From: Mobula hypostoma
Lineage: Eukaryota
Length of the DNA: 64,000 nucleotides
Assembly (NCBI RefSeq): GCF_963921235.1
Contig: NC_086109.1
Span: 24,244,001-24,308,000, forward strand
Direction: 5' to 3'
A program made the position numbers and the translations under genes. Shown here one piece after another: positions 1 through 13,841 of the stretch. Each line of letters starts with the position of its first letter. Positions within the stretch are counted from its first letter, which is position 1. The notes under the pieces were generated by a model. The model ran no database searches. It worked only from the letters and a program-made list of their open reading frames with translations, and was not told the DNA's origin.

Positions 1-90
1 TTGCACCTTGGCTGCGGACCAGCACTGTTTTGTCTGGCTGTGTTCCTAGGAGTTCATGTATGGTTGAATGACAATTAAACTTGAACTTGA

Positions 91-380
91 CCTAGAGGCC
101 ATAGGTTAAGGGTGAGAGGTGAAATATTTATGAGGAAAATGAGGGGAAACTTCTTCAATCAGAGGGTCATGCGAGTGTGGAACAAGATATCAGCAGTAGT
201 GGCGGATTGGGGTTTGACTGCAATATTTTAGAGAAGTTTGGATAAGTACATGGATGGGAGGGGTATAGGGAGGGGGATATAGTCCAAGTGTGGGTCGATG
301 CGAATAGGAAGAATAACGGTCCAGTATGGACCAGATGAGCTAAAGGGCCTATTTCTGTACTGTAAGACTTTATAACTCTG
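91..380 (+). mobile_element. CR1 LINE 3' fragment
   Basis: Decayed RGHRLRVRGE..RGNFFNQRV motif and the typical 3' tail. Confidence 0.8.
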
Positions 381-1184
381 AAACAAAAGGAGTCAGTGGC
401 TGAAAACTCTCCAGAAGGTCACGATGGCTTGGATCTTTACACTCTTTGGGGAGAGAGAGAGGAAACCAGGAAGGATGAGCAGAAAGAGGAGAAGCTCTTA
501 ATATTTACAAAAATACAAATCAATAAACAAGCCACTTCAAGCTCAAGTAGGCACTTGAGTTAAGTGGAAAGTCCCTGGAGTGGAGAACAATTTAAAGAGT
601 TAGAACCAGTCTGAGACCTTTAGCAAGTATGGAATCCCTGTGTCTAATCTGAGTGATCCATTACCTGCACACAGCTGTTCTCAGCTGCTGAACCACTGTC
701 TCCTGATCAGAAACATAATCAGCCATGAAAAGCCTGTAAACGTCTCTCTGTAGAGAGCTTTCTATATTCCTGTTCCTTCACAGAGCAGCGTATCAAAGTG
801 TGACACACTGGATTGGCTCAAGGGATAAAATAGTATAAAATTCAGTCAGCAATTTGTGTATTATGAATTCCAAGATAAATAGTGGACACTTATTCATGGG
901 TAGTAAACCCAAGGCGAAAGAAGCACAGTGCAGCCTGCTCTGAAAATTTAAATTCTTTGCATCTTTTGCCAACTCTTTCACATTCATTCAGACTTTGCAC
1001 TGTGGTACAAAAAACAGTGTGTTCCTCTGCTCCATTACTCCAGTAAACATGTTGTTATTACATCCTCATGCACACATATTGTGCCTTTTGCATTGTGTAA
1101 TATCCCAAGGGCCTACAGTACCTACAGTATAAAGAACCTATAGGACAAGCAACCATAGCTTAGTTGAGGAGATAGCATGTTGTT

Positions 1185-1610
1185 AAGTAGAGAAAGATAG
1201 GAGCATAATCAGGCCATTTGGCCCATCAAATCTGCTCTACAATTTCACCATGGCAAATCACCTGCCTTCTCCCCATAACCTTTGACACTCTTATCAAACA
1301 AGAACCTTTCAGTTTCTGCTTTAAATATACACAATGACTTGGCCTCCACAGCCACCTGTGGCAATTAAATTCCACAGTTTCACCACCATCAGGCTAAAGG
1401 AATTCATAGAGTCATAGAGAAGAACAGCACAGAAACAGGCCCTTTGGCCCATCCAGTCCATGCCAAAACCACTTAAACTGCCTACTCCCATCGACCTGGA
1501 GAATTCCTCCTCGTCTCTGTTCTAAAGGGACATCCTTCTACACTGAGGCTCCCCTACGATAGAAGACATCCTCTCCACATCCACTTCACCTCAACATTCC
1601 TCTAGAAACA
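1185..1610 (-). mobile_element. CR1 3' fragment with a second short CR1 tail nested at ~1406-1498
   Basis: Similar to the CR1 tails at 4973-5385 and 2864-3290. Confidence 0.7.
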
Positions 1611-2614
1611 GGGGAAATGTAGTTTAGGAATGGATTTTGAGAAATTAACTGACAAAAATGATCACTAATGACAGAACCAAGAAACTTGCACAATGAGGCT
1701 AGGACTGGAGGAATACAGGCATCTTGAAGCATGAGCGGCCCAGAGGAGGTTTTAGGAGCAGAGGAGTGTGAGACCATGGCAGGATCCATACATGAAGGTG
1801 AGACCAGCTCCCTAGGTTATACACTCAAACTTGAAGCACAGGCACTTAGTGGAAGTGCAGGGCCAAATCAGCAAAGTTTCAATTGCGCTTCTGAGCATCT
1901 CTGCTGTCCAGTCTTGCAGAGGTTTGGTTCTGATTGTGTTGGAATCAGTCCAGTCCCAAAGCAGGATTGGACAAAACTTCCAGGGCACAGCTATTTCAAG
2001 TAAAAATATTCTGCAAAATAAATGCAAAGCAACACAGTTCAGCATCTTGGAACACTAAGAATAAATAGTCTTACACAGTACATTCACTGACAAGATACCA
2101 TGGACCTGAGATAATGAGGGAGGGGATGGGTGGCTTGAAGGAGCAATATTTAGCTTGGAAAGGGATAAATCATTTTCATGTTATTCTGGGATTAGGAATT
2201 CTGTGTGATGGGAGGGGACGGGAAGTGATCTGGCAGATTGGAATTCAAAGCTTCAGTTGCTCACTTGCCAGGTCAGGTTTATTTTGTGCTGGGCGTGTTA
2301 CTCAATGAATGGACTCAATTTCAAAGTAGATTTTGCATATCAGGATTGTAGACCTGTTTATATGGATAGGCTGTGATCCACAGGTCTTTGACTGCGCCTA
2401 TTTCACATGTACAGAAACGGTTCCTCGGCTTTTAATGAAGTACACAGGCAAACTGAATGTATACTGCCAGCTACACCGGTGAAAAAGGAAAGCTTCCTGC
2501 GTGCATGTCTGAACTGTACATCATCCCTGAAGCAGTTAACAGAGTAGCCAGGGGTGGCCATTAATATGGATAGACTCTTGAGCACACAATCAAATGGGCA
2601 CTCCTTGAAGTATC

Positions 2615-2809
2615 ACAAACATGAGAAAATCTGCAGATGCTGGGAATCCAAAGCAACACACACAAAATACTGGAGGAGCTCAGCAGGTCAGGCAGCATCT
2701 ATGGAAAAGAGCAAAGAGTGATGAAGGGCCTCGGTCCAAACCGTTGAATGTTTGCTCTTTTCCATAGGTGCTGCCTGGCCTGCTGTGTTCATCCAGCATT
2801 TTGTGTGTG
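2615..2809. mobile_element. Penelope-like terminal-repeat remnant in inverted (hairpin) arrangement
   Basis: Arms 2657-2715 and 2751-2809 are reverse complements; same sequence as the terminus of the GIY-YIG-bearing element at 31329-31908; flanked by ccttgaag at 2603-2610 and 2813-2820. Confidence 0.75.
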
Positions 2810-2863
2810 ACACCTTGAAGCATGTTCCTCGCTGGCTGGTTGACTTTTTTTTCCAATGCTTAT

Positions 2864-3290
2864 TAGAACCATAGAACTTTACAGCACAGAAACAGGCCTT
2901 TTGGCCCTTCTTGGCTGTGCTGAACCATTTTTCTGCCTCGTTCCACTGACCTGCACCTGGACCATATCCCTCCATACACCTCTCATCCACGTACCCGTCC
3001 AAGTTTTTCTTAAATGTTAAAAGTGAGCCCGCATTTACCACTCCATCTGGCAGCTCATTCCACACTCCCACCACTCTCTGTGTGAAGAAGCCCCTTCTAA
3101 TGTTCCCTTTAACCTTTTCCCCCTTCACCCTTAACCCATTTCCTCTGGTTTTTTTCTCCCCCAGCCTCAGTGGAAAAAAGCCTACTTGCATTCACTCTAT
3201 CTATGCCCACCATAATTTTATATACCTCTATCAAATCTCCCCTCATTCTTCTACACTCCAGGGAATAAAGTCCTAACCTATTCAACCTCT
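2864..3290 (-). mobile_element. CR1 LINE 3' end
   Basis: ORF 2688..3191: TRGNGLRVKG...FFTQRVVGVWNELP, the CR1 ORF2 C-terminus. Confidence 0.9.
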
Positions 3291-3394
3291 ATTCAGAGGG
3301 TTAAGAGTTCATTTCTCACTCTGGAAACTTGAGCCCGTAATCTTGGTCGGCACTCACAGAATGGTCCTGGCAGAGGTACAATCTTTCAGATGAG

Positions 3395-4165
3395 ATAGAG
3401 ACATAGAGCAATACAGCAAAGAAACAGGCCCTTTGGTCCATCTAGTCTATGCCGAACTGTTATTCAGCCTCGCCTCATTGACCCTCATCTGGACCATAGC
3501 CCTCGACATTCCTTCCATCTGTATGCTTAACCAAATTTACCTGGGGGTGGCATGGTGGGGTTAGCAAAGGCTTTACAGTGCCAGTGCCTTGTGCTTGCTT
3601 CTCACTGCTGCCTGTTAGGAGTTTGTACATTCTGCCTGTGATCTCCTGGGTTTCCTCCAGGTGCTCTGGTTTCCGAAGGCATACTGGTTGGTAGGTTAAT
3701 TGGTCATGGTAAATTGTCCTGTGATTAGGCTAGGATTAAATTGGGGGTTGCTGGACCCAGTGGCTTGAAGGGCCGGGAGGGCATATTCCACTCTGTATCT
3801 CAATAAATAAATGCTGTAATCAAACCCACATCCTTCACTTCCTCTGACAGCTCAGTCCACACTCGCATCACCCTCTGAGTGAAGAAGTTCCCTCTCATGT
3901 TCCCTTTAAATATTTCACCTTTCACCCTTAACCTATGACCTCTAGTTCTAGTATTACCCAACCTCAGTGGAAAAATGTCTGCTTGCATTTACCCTATCTA
4001 TACCCCTCATAATTTTGCATAGGTCTATCAGATCTCCCCTCATTCTCCTGCACTCCAGGGAATAAAGTGCTAACCTATTCAACCTTTCCCTATAACTCAT
4101 ATCCTCAAGCCCCGGTAACATCCTTGTAAATTTTCTCTGTACCCTTTCAATCTTATCAATATCTT
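3395..4165 (-). mobile_element. CR1 LINE 3' end, interrupted by a SINE
   Basis: ORFs 3954..4229 (KIERVQRKFTRMLPGL..SYRERL) and 3800..3988 (TRGHRL..FFTQRV). Confidence 0.9.
3543..3810 (+). mobile_element. tRNA-derived SINE (V-SINE/HE1-like) with CR1-type tail
   Basis: Core gagtttgtacattct...tgggtttcctccaggtgctctggtttcc and aataaataaa tail; several homologous copies in the window. Confidence 0.75.
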
Positions 4166-4529
4166 TAAGATGCTGAATGAAGGTGCTATTTGAGGGGGAG
4201 CAGGGGAATTCTACCTCGTGGAGACACAAATGACTACTGAGGCCGGAATCTGGAGCAACAAATAATCTGATGGAGGAAGTTAAACAGGTCAGACAAATCA
4301 GACAACATCTGTAGGAGGAAAGGAAATGTTGGTGTTTCGGGTTAAAACCTTGAATCAGGACTTTATTAGTTTTAGTGAATATTAGTTCAAGTTAATATAT
4401 ATTGCCCAACTAATTTCACTAAATTAGATTGCTCCTTCAAAAATACTGTATTGGTAGTTAGTGCGGTATCCTCTGCTCATGAAATGTGTTAAAAAGTTTC
4501 AATTTCTGTAAACATGTGGCTTCAAACTG

Positions 4530-4920
4530 CTAGCTGCGTCCTAATGCATCCAAGTACTGTTCAGCCCTTGTTATTTTGTATCGACTTGCATTGGCTCCAA
4601 GTTAAGCAAAGAGTGGATTTAAAATTCTTCAGTTTTGCCTCAAACTCCCGCATTGTTTCCCTCTTCCCCTTCTGCTTGATCTCATCCAGCCACTCCAAGA
4701 ATATCTTCACTGTTCCCATTCTGGACTGTTGCATATCCATGAATTTTGTTGCAACACCACTGGAGGTAGCGCCTTCAGTGACCAAGGATCTGATTTGCAG
4801 GATGTCACCCCTAAGCATTTCTGCCTCCCTACCATTCTTTCCTTCTTTAAGAGACTCACTAAAACCTGCCCCATTGATGAATCCTTTGGTCACCAGCCCA
4901 AATATTTCCTTTTGGTATTC
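4530..4920 (+). mobile_element. Ancient L2 LINE ORF2 C-terminal remnant
   Basis: ORF 4514..4936 contains LHWLQVKQRVDLKF, matching the L2 motif LHWLPV..RI.FK. Confidence 0.75.
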
Positions 4921-4972
4921 AGCGTCAGCCTTATAAGGAAACAAGTGATTTTTTTTGCTGCATAGAAAGTGC

Positions 4973-5385
4973 CATAAGACCACAAGACATAGGAGCAGAA
5001 TTAAGCTATTCAGCCCATCGAATCTGATCCATCATTCCATCATGCCCGATTTATTATTCCTCCCAACCCAGTCTGCTGCCTTCTCCCTGTAGCCTTTGAC
5101 ATCCTCATTAATCAAGAACCTGTTAGCCTCCACTTTAAATATACTCAATGACTTGGCTTCCAAAGCCATACATGGCAATGCATTCCACAGATTCATCACC
5201 CTCTGGCTAAGAAATTTCTACTGATCTCAGTTCTAAAGTGACATCCTTGTATTCTGAGGCTATGCCCTCTAGTCCAAGACTGCCCTACTATAGGAAACAT
5301 CCTCTCCAGTTGCACTCTATCTAGGCCTTTCAACATTCAATAGGTTTAAATGTGATCCCCCTCATTCTTCTACACTCCAGTAACT
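4973..5385 (-). mobile_element. CR1 3' fragment
   Basis: cataagaccacaagacataggagcagaatt tail plus decayed ORF2 end. Confidence 0.8.
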
Positions 5386-8300
5386 ACATAACTGTGGAAG
5401 TTGTTGTTGTTGAATTTATTGCTCTTATGAATGCAAATATTCTTTTTCTAACGCTTGCTCAGTGCATTCACGACTTAAAATCTTGCTAAGATTCATAGCC
5501 CCTTTAAGAATGCCACAGTAAAGTGTTGACTGGAAAGTGAGGTCACATACTGCGGATTCCAATTGGGACTGTGGATATCTGGAATTCCCGGCTCCTGTCA
5601 ATTACCTACAAACAAAGGCACATTCAGAGATTTTTTTTCCCAGAAAGATGGAGAGTGGGGATGTTTATGTGAAATACCGTCAGGGTCAGAACCTCTGTAC
5701 TGAACAAGCATGCCAACAGATCACAGTCTCTAGTGAGCTTCATTCTTATGGCCTTTTGTTTAAGAGTTACCAGCAGAACAGAGAAACCTGTCAGATCAAA
5801 TCTCCACAGAGGTGGAGAGGAAATCTTACTGAACACTATGGTCCAAGGATAAGCTTGCTTAGATTTTTGGCAACTCTATGCACTTGTGCTCGAAAGGAAA
5901 GAGAGAGAAGAGACATATAACATCACACGGGATAGCTAATACCTTTTTAAAGGAACAACTTTCTTTCTTAACTAAGAGCTTTATACCGAGTGCTAAATCA
6001 AAGATTGCAGTACGAATACGATGTGACTTTCCTTCCTTTACTCAGTTTAACAATGTCTCGGCACTGTGGAGAAAATGATCAAAAGCCCTTCTGAAAGTCA
6101 GAGGCGTTGCCTTCATGGATGTCACTAACATTTGATAAGAGCCAGTGGCGTGAACAGGACACACACAAAATAGCCATGTATTGTTTCAAGCTCATTCTCC
6201 TGCATCGCCTTCTAACTGATGTGATGGAAAAATCTGGTCCTACAGAGGGTAGATTTAGTAGCTGGACACTTTTACTCAGCACTTGTCTAAATCTGAGTAC
6301 AAATTTCTTGTTATTGGCCAAGAACATTGAATATTGATCATTCCAGAACAGTTCAGGCCCTTTGGAACACAATATTGTGCTGACTTTTTAACCGTACTCT
6401 AAGATCCATCTGACCCTTCACTCCCACATTCCCCTCTGTTTTTCTTTCATCCTTGTGCCTATTTAAGAGTGTCTTAAATGTCAGTAATGTATCTGCCTCC
6501 ACCAGCAACCTAGCACTCCAAGCACCCTTCACTGTGTAAAAAAACTTATGCTCTTGCTCCAATCACCTTAAAATTATGTTCTCTCATATTAGCATTTCTG
6601 CCTTGGGAAGAAAACTCTGTATATCCATGATCTATGCACTTTTGTCATTTTGCAAACCACCATCAGTCAGCTCTCATCTTCCTTCTCTCCAAAGAGAAAA
6701 GTCCAACCTCGCTCCGCCTATTTTCATCAAACGTTGAAGCAACAAACAATCTACAGGTGGAACTTAGTGTGTCAAGCAGCATCCATGGGGCGATGGGGGG
6801 GAGGAGGAGGGGTAAGAGAAATTGTAAATTTTTCGGGTAGAAATCCTGCGTCACGACCTTTCTCCCTCAGATAGTCCTTGACCTGCTGAGTTCCTCCTCC
6901 AGCATATTGTCTATGCCTCCAGGTTCCAGCATCTGCAGTCTTTTGTTTCCTACTAGTTCCGCGTGAGGAAAATGCCCAGCTTACTCAAGCCCAAGGAAGT
7001 AGAAATCGGAAAGCTAAGGGTTATCATGGTTACCACTATGTAGCCAATCAAATCATGCTGTTTTGCTCATAAGGATACAGGAGAGATTGTTTGACATTGC
7101 TCGGCTTTCAGAGACCTAGGGTGCTCATATCTACAGATTTGACATTGCTCATATCTTTAGAGTCCTAGAGAGCTCATTTCTGACCTCCAGAGCAGCCTGG
7201 ATTACTACAGTTCTCTCTGAGTTAACTGCTAATTCTGTCTTCCACCAGGAGCTAACTTGCTTCCAAATTCCACTGTAAATGTATCATAGGGCCACTTCTA
7301 CATGCTTCGTCATGCTTAAAAGTCACCACTTGCTCATTAGAATGTGACTGCTCTTTCAAGGAGCTGGCACAAACACAATAGTCTCCATTTTGCTGTAAAA
7401 TGCTGAGATTAGCAAGAGCTTGAGCTGTCACAAGGTGCACAGGAGATAAACGGAGTTCCTCATGCACAATGCGCCTTGAGCTGCACGCGTGCGTGACACG
7501 ATCTACAGGAATACAGAACAGACTTATGCCAAACTTCATGGAACGTGGCAGAGCTCTAAATATGAGAGCGCACTGGGACTAACACTGATTCCTGGTGACA
7601 GGTGTGTAAGTCCATCCACACGGTGTAGAGGTGTGACACGCATTTTTTCACATGGCAGGCTAATTTCTGGTAATGCCTGCAGAAAGGCCTTTATGTGCTT
7701 TCCTCCGTGTGCTGCACTTCTGCAGAGTGCTTAATGCAATGTCTTAAGCCAGTCCACGAATCGGACAGGCTATGGCTAATCTGTGAGTTAGAGGTGGAGG
7801 ATCAGAAGCTGGGCTTGGAGTTGAAGTCAGGGGAGAGGAATACATCAGGGAACTGATTGTGCTTTGACGTGTTAGGGGTGAGTTTTGGAAGTTGAACTGA
7901 CATCGGAGAAGGATAGGTGGTGTCAGGATCCAACCAGGACCTGTGATACATCTATGGAAGGATTTGCTGGAGAAAGTGGTTGAGACTGATACAATATCAA
8001 TATTTAAAAGACATTTGGATAAGTACATGGATGGAGGGGTTTTAGAGGGATATGAGCCAAATGTGGGGATACGACATTAGCTTGTCGGGCACCATGCTCA
8101 GCCTGGACCAGTTGGGATGAAGGACCTCCTTTTGTGCTCATTGACTTAATAACAAGGAAGTCCGAATGGAGCCTGGGCAGGAATCACTGGGGAAAGTGCA
8201 CTGGTGATCATGGGATAGAAATTTGCTCAAGGCCTGTGGACTGAGCAAGGGCAAGGGGAAAAAGGTGAATCAGTGGCAAGTAGTTCTGCTGATTATGGTT

Positions 8301-9159
8301 ATGGGGGAAGGAGCAAGGAGGTGGCTTTGGGACTGATAATATTTGATAATCAATAGATGGGGATGTCAAATGAAGGCTTTCATTTAGTTGGGGTGGATGA
8401 TACAGTACATTCGGCTTGAGGAGAACATATAAGAGTTATATCAAAGAGGACCCACTTGAGTTGGGTTGCCAGTGCAAGGCAGGGACCTGTTCAGAGAGGC
8501 CTCTTTGAAATTATTCCAGGATAACAGCAGCCTGTGGTTACTCAGGGAATACCCAATTAAAAACATATTCAGAACAATGTGACCTAATTTCATTGCCTTT
8601 GCTCTAAAGAAATCTTGGACTAGGAATGATGTCACTACATGAAAATCTCATAACTGGATCAAACAAGATTTGTGTTTGGTTGAATTTGCCACCTGGTCCA
8701 AAACTGCTCAGAAATTATTACAGTTCTTTCCATTCCAGAAGTAACTGGATTTCATCTGCATAATGCTGTCCAGACAGCAACTGAATTGTTAGACCAATGT
8801 CTTTGGTGGAAGTAAAAGTGGACAGTTATAAAATGAACTGTCATTCACTATCAATGAACTTACACCTTTTCACTGTCATTACTATTGCTATAGTGGGTGT
8901 ATAGTCTGTCTTGCCAATTAACACCCATGTAGATTTTATGCTTGATCTGTGTACCCTGCCTCCAGAGGCAATTAATCACAAGAAAATATTCAGCCCTCTT
9001 CACTGGAGCTGAATAGAGGATGGTTGAAGATTTGGATGGTTTATTCCACAGCTGAACTGTGCTCTGTCTGACCTGGGAGTGTTTGATGCAGGAGTGTAGC
9101 GCAAGTGTGTGGTAGGAAAGCGTAACAAGAATTTCACCCTGTGTTTAACCAATATTCCT

Positions 9160-9560
9160 TCAAGAGGACGACAGCCTTGTCAATTGGTTTGGAGCCTTGA
9201 ATGCCTCAATGACCTGGAGAGCTAATGTTGGCTGGAGACAGGGTCAGCCATGCCAAACAGGTGAAAGGATAGAGGCCAGACTAAAAGTCGTCCACCCGTC
9301 CTCCAGGATTGGAGATTCAGCTCAGGGCTAACAACCCCGAATGTTGAAACAAAACTATTACAGAAACAGCAATGAAGAATCCTTCTCCATCTGAGGGTGA
9401 TGGTACCCCGAGTCTCCACCCGGGATTTGGGTGACTGACAGTAGTGAAAACCGACAGGAAGGTACTGACATGATGAACGAAGCCCTGAACACAGCCAGAG
9501 ATGGAGGACTTCATTGTTGCCCGAAACGCCAGAGACATACTGGGCAGTAAGTAAGCAAGT
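9160..9560 (+). mobile_element. Non-autonomous RTE-related retroelement (copy 1)
   Basis: Colinear with 34213-34605; ends in a gtaagtaagcaagt tail after an RTE-like 3' end. Confidence 0.6.
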
Positions 9561-10984
9561 TTGATCAATATCGTTGCTGTCCTGGTTGTATTTAAAAGGA
9601 CAACTTAGAGCAAGCTTGACTCTCTGCCAGACTCAATCTGAGGAGTGCTTGATGAATGTTGAGGGAGTGGGGGAGTGTTGCAGGTTGATTTGATGGCTCT
9701 CTGCATCATCTGTTCATCTATCCTTGGACCTGGTGAAGCCAGATATTCACAGGTGCATGCAGAAGACCACCGAGTAATCTGTCTAGACATTTGCTTTCAT
9801 GTGTAGGTGTTTCTGGAGAGGATACACGTTGTGTCCATCAGTCCATTGGAAACCTTGTTGGTTCAGAACATACCACAAAGATTGGAGATCATCTTGGACA
9901 TCAAGGATAAACTTTTAAGTTAAAAAGAAGACAGATAGAAGAAAAGCACAAAACCTAGTTCTGGGATAATAATTAAAATAATCTATGGGATAGGACATGA
10001 ATTTGTATTGTAGAGGCCTAAGGACTCTTTGATGGGTTGTGTGCAGTGATCTTTACTTGGCAATTATCTGATTTATGAGAGAAAGAATGGAGATGAATTT
10101 TATTTTGAAGAGTTAATTTTTTTCATCATCAGAATAATCACAAAAATAATCACCAAACTGTTTCTATAAGCCTCAAGGATATGAAGCAACACTTTATTTG
10201 ATGCTTTACGTTAGACAGTGCAATTGCCTGTGTGTACCCTATGCATCTCTACGTCTGTGTTACCTATTACTCCACTTTAATTGTGGTCAAATAAATAATG
10301 TCATGAGATGGGCATTTGACTGTTGTGAAGAAATGCAAAAACAAACTGATTGTTGCTGAGTATTACAATCCCTGATTATATCACCACATTCCAGCACAGT
10401 AAAAAAGCAGCCAGCTGTTTAAATAATAATCGCTCATCCTCCACTGTCACAATTTGCACACTGATCTATTCAGATTTCAATTCCCCCCAGACTATTGGAA
10501 TAAAAGAGCCAACAAAAGCAAAATATTGAGTAAATACTTGGCCAACATCTTGGCCTTCAGTCAAGGTGACCTTTCAATGTGCTGGGCTCAAGTCTCAGAG
10601 GTCCTGGAGGTTAAATGGAAAAAATGATAATAGGGCTTTCATTTCTGTTAGTCAAATAATTCACCTCAAGTAATCATTTGATTTCACTTTATGTCCCAAA
10701 GGTTGATGCCACAGGATTTAATGCTACTCCTACAACAATAACAACTTGAATTTATTTAGTACCTTCCACACTGAACAATCTTCCAAGGACCATTGCCTGT
10801 TTCTCTATTATTCACTTGCAAAGAACAAACAATGGGGAAAAAATCCGACCATCATTTCTTTAGAATTTTACTTCAAAGTTGAATGTAAGGTAGAAAATTA
10901 TACAGGAAAGCTGTGGTTCAATTTCCTACATGGCACTTTGGAAAAAGTCACGTATATAAAGAAAATGGTGCATTTATAGATGTG

Positions 10985-11270
10985 CTCTTGTGAAGGAGAT
11001 GTTAAACTATTGCTTCATCTGCTCTTGCAGGTGGATAAGCACATTACCCGACACTGGTTTGGGCGACAACAGGGCAGTTTATTGCAGTATTCCATTTTGT
11101 ACTAGAATATCGAATAAAGTATTGATCAACAGCAAAGATCAGATTATCTGATCATCATCTCATGAGACCTGAGGGATTTTGCTATGAGGAGTTCGGCTAC
11201 TGTGTTTCCTGCAATACATATGTGCCTGCACTTCATTGGTCCACTAGTACCTGGGGCATTCAGGGCTCAT
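10985..11270 (+). mobile_element. Ancient Deu-domain SINE (AmnSINE/SacSINE-like) remnant
   Basis: gagatgttaaac...tctgctcttgcaggtgga...cagattatctgatcatcatctca resembles the Deu core as recalled. Confidence 0.55.
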
Positions 11271-11384
11271 GACAAATGCCAATGAACAAAACATTTTTTT
11301 GGCCATCCTTTTGTTGCTCCCCAGAACTAAGTGGGTCAACTTTATGAAATAATAGTCTCTGGTTTCTTAAGGTTGTAATAGCTG

Positions 11385-11900
11385 GGGGTGGTAATGGAGA
11401 TAAGCTCCTGCTAAGTATTAAATGCTCCCAGTGGCGTGCGCCTCAAATAGCCTCTGACAACCAAGTCCAGCTCCTGGCGTTCACATGTGGCTTAGCTACT
11501 AACCCTGGCAGAACCACTTCTAGTGACAGGAGAAGGGGCAAAGGCCGGTTACCGGTGCCTTAAAACCAGTCACTTCAGGCAGATGGGGCTCATCAGCCGT
11601 GGTTGGCAGCTCATCCAGCAGAAAGAAAACACTGATCTCAAACCGCTGCTGCCTTGCGGCGATACCCACTCATGGGGAAGGCTTTGGGAGTAAACCCCAA
11701 GGGAAAAATCTGGAGCTGGAGTCCCTGTGTTGAGTTGGCTGAATGGTAATTCCTGCAACGCTGCTGGTGCCAAACTACATGGCCCTCCACTGTTCCTTTG
11801 CATTTATCAGATGTGTGGAGAGGGGGAGCTTGCTACATGGTCAACAGCTTGCTTTCCATATCATACTGCCTCAGTTTACATATCTGGACAGCTACAACAG
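11385..11900 (+). mobile_element. RTE-like retroelement 5' region
   Basis: GC-richer block sharing gaaggct..ggg.gtaaacc..aaatc.ggag.tggag.ccc with 14830-15050. Confidence 0.5.
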
Positions 11901-11904
11901 CTAA

Positions 11905-12175
11905 GGTGCTTGGAAGTAGGTACAGGGAAGATGTCAAGGATAAGTTTTTTTACGCAGAGAGTGGTGAGTGTGTGGAATGGGCTGCTGGTGACAGGGGTGG
12001 AGGTGGAAACGATAGGGTCTTTTAAGAGACTCCTGGATAGCTACATGGAACTAAGAAAAGTAGAGGGCTGTGGCTAACCCTAGGTAAGTTCTAAAGTAAG
12101 TACATGTTTGGCAGAGCGTCGTGGGCCGAAGGGCCTGTATTGTGCTGTAGGTTTTCTGTGTTTTCTATGTTTCTG
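11905..12175 (+). mobile_element. CR1 3' end
   Basis: FFTQRVVSVWNGL..SFKRLLD in ORF 11727..12077. Confidence 0.85.
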
Positions 12176-13841
12176 TCCATGTTTGGCCCCGATTGACAGT
12201 GACCTCACTCACTCACTCAGTGTCTGCCGCATCAGTTTGCAATAGGTCTCCTACTTTCACTTAACATACTAGGTCAAAGTCTTTGGAAATGGAAAAGAAT
12301 CCTCATTAATAGGAAATGGGATCAGATAGTTACTACCACTGATTTACAGATGGTGTCTTCAGTGATGATATTCTTCTATCACAGACTGCAACAAAAAAAA
12401 CAGAGAGAAGAAGGAACCACTCTAATATATCTCTGTTCATTTAGACATGTCGGAACAGATCTGAGTGTTCAGCTCAGAAGATTTGATCCTGGCTGCAGTT
12501 CAAGGTAAATAGGAGGAAATGTAGGAGTCTAGAGTTTGTGTTTGAGTGAAATATAAACTTTAACAAATCTCACTGATCTTAATCTTGGGTATCATCCAAT
12601 CACACCTACAGGAAGGAAGATTCTGACGGTTGGAAAGGCAAGATGAGGGATAAGTGAACATTTTCATTGTTAAATCATGCAGAATTGAAAAAAAAAGGTA
12701 TTATTAACATGCTGTACGTCACACACAGTTCATTTACAACCCCTATTTAAACACAACACAGGTTCTGTCCGTGCACTTTCCAATCAGAAACCATAAGAAA
12801 TAGCAGAAGGATTCAGCGATATGGACCGCTAAGCTAACTCCAATATTTAATACCATCAATAAACCTTTGCAACAGCTGCCCTTTCCTACTTTGGGTCCAA
12901 GTACCTTGTTTCCATTAATATCCAAGGATATGTCGACCTCATCATAATTAATGGCTGAGTATCCATAGCCTTCTACGGTTGAGAACTTCAAAGATTCTCA
13001 GGACTCTGCAGAAGATACTTCTCATTGCTGTCCAAGATGCCTTAGGACAAGACAAAGATTCCCTAATTTTACATTCTTCAGCTAGGGATTAACATTTACT
13101 CTGCCAGGCCTCTAAAACTTTTACTTTATCGACAACAGCTCTCATTCTTCAGACTCCTTTGAGGATAGGTCCCTTCTAAACTGGATACCACTGAAAACAA
13201 AATAGCTCTTGTTTTAAGCGATCCAAACTATAAGGAACACATTCCTTCTAAAATTCTCCTTCAGTCATTTTGTTAGCTTTTTCCAGGTTCCTTTTCAACT
13301 TGAGTCTGTTTGAAAAATATTGCCTCATTCGCCCCAGGCTAGTGGGACTTGGGCATGGAGCCAGGCAGACTGACAGAGCAATACTCTCCACCCTCTGCTG
13401 ACTGGAAGATCACTGTCAACAGTGGAGTCAGGGCATCTCTCATAGGTTTAGTCTAAAACCCAATGGATGTAAAACTATTGAGATTTCTTCCTTCCTTTTA
13501 TCAGTATCCTTGCCTAAAAGGAGAAAAGTGGCAGGGTGTTGGAGGAAGGGATAAACATTGCAGGAATGCTTGGGTCTCTGTTTCATTATTTTTAAACCCT
13601 TTTGCAGCCACCCTGCCAAAGTGATCGATCGTTGTGTGAGCTCCCAGCAGAGGGTCATAATTGCAGGCTTGTAAACACTTCATGAAGTGATGCCATGCAA
13701 GAGAGCAGGTCTGTCACTGTACATATTCCCCTAGCGCAGATTGTGTCTCGCCTCAGGAGTCCAGGTCATTTTCCCATCAACCACAGCTCATTAGTTGATC
13801 ATATTACATGCAAATTAACAAGAAAGAACAACAAAACCTAC

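Noticed and set aside
665..733. 69-nt AG/GT-bounded segment (LFMADYVSDQETVVQQLRTAVC)
   Set aside because: Weak polypyrimidine tract, no FOXP similarity, and a stop in the phase-0 frame required after the FOXP4 exon
4561..4983. 140-aa minus-strand ORF with a plausible acceptor, superficially cytokine-like or helical
   Set aside because: It is the antisense of an L2 ORF2 remnant (LHWLQVKQRVDLK on the plus strand)
5831..5889. AG/GT-bounded 59-nt segment on the minus strand
   Set aside because: Stops in all three frames and no other support
7252..7503. Minus-strand ORF following a good acceptor
   Set aside because: No recognisable protein, the phase-0 frame is closed, and there is only a non-canonical donor
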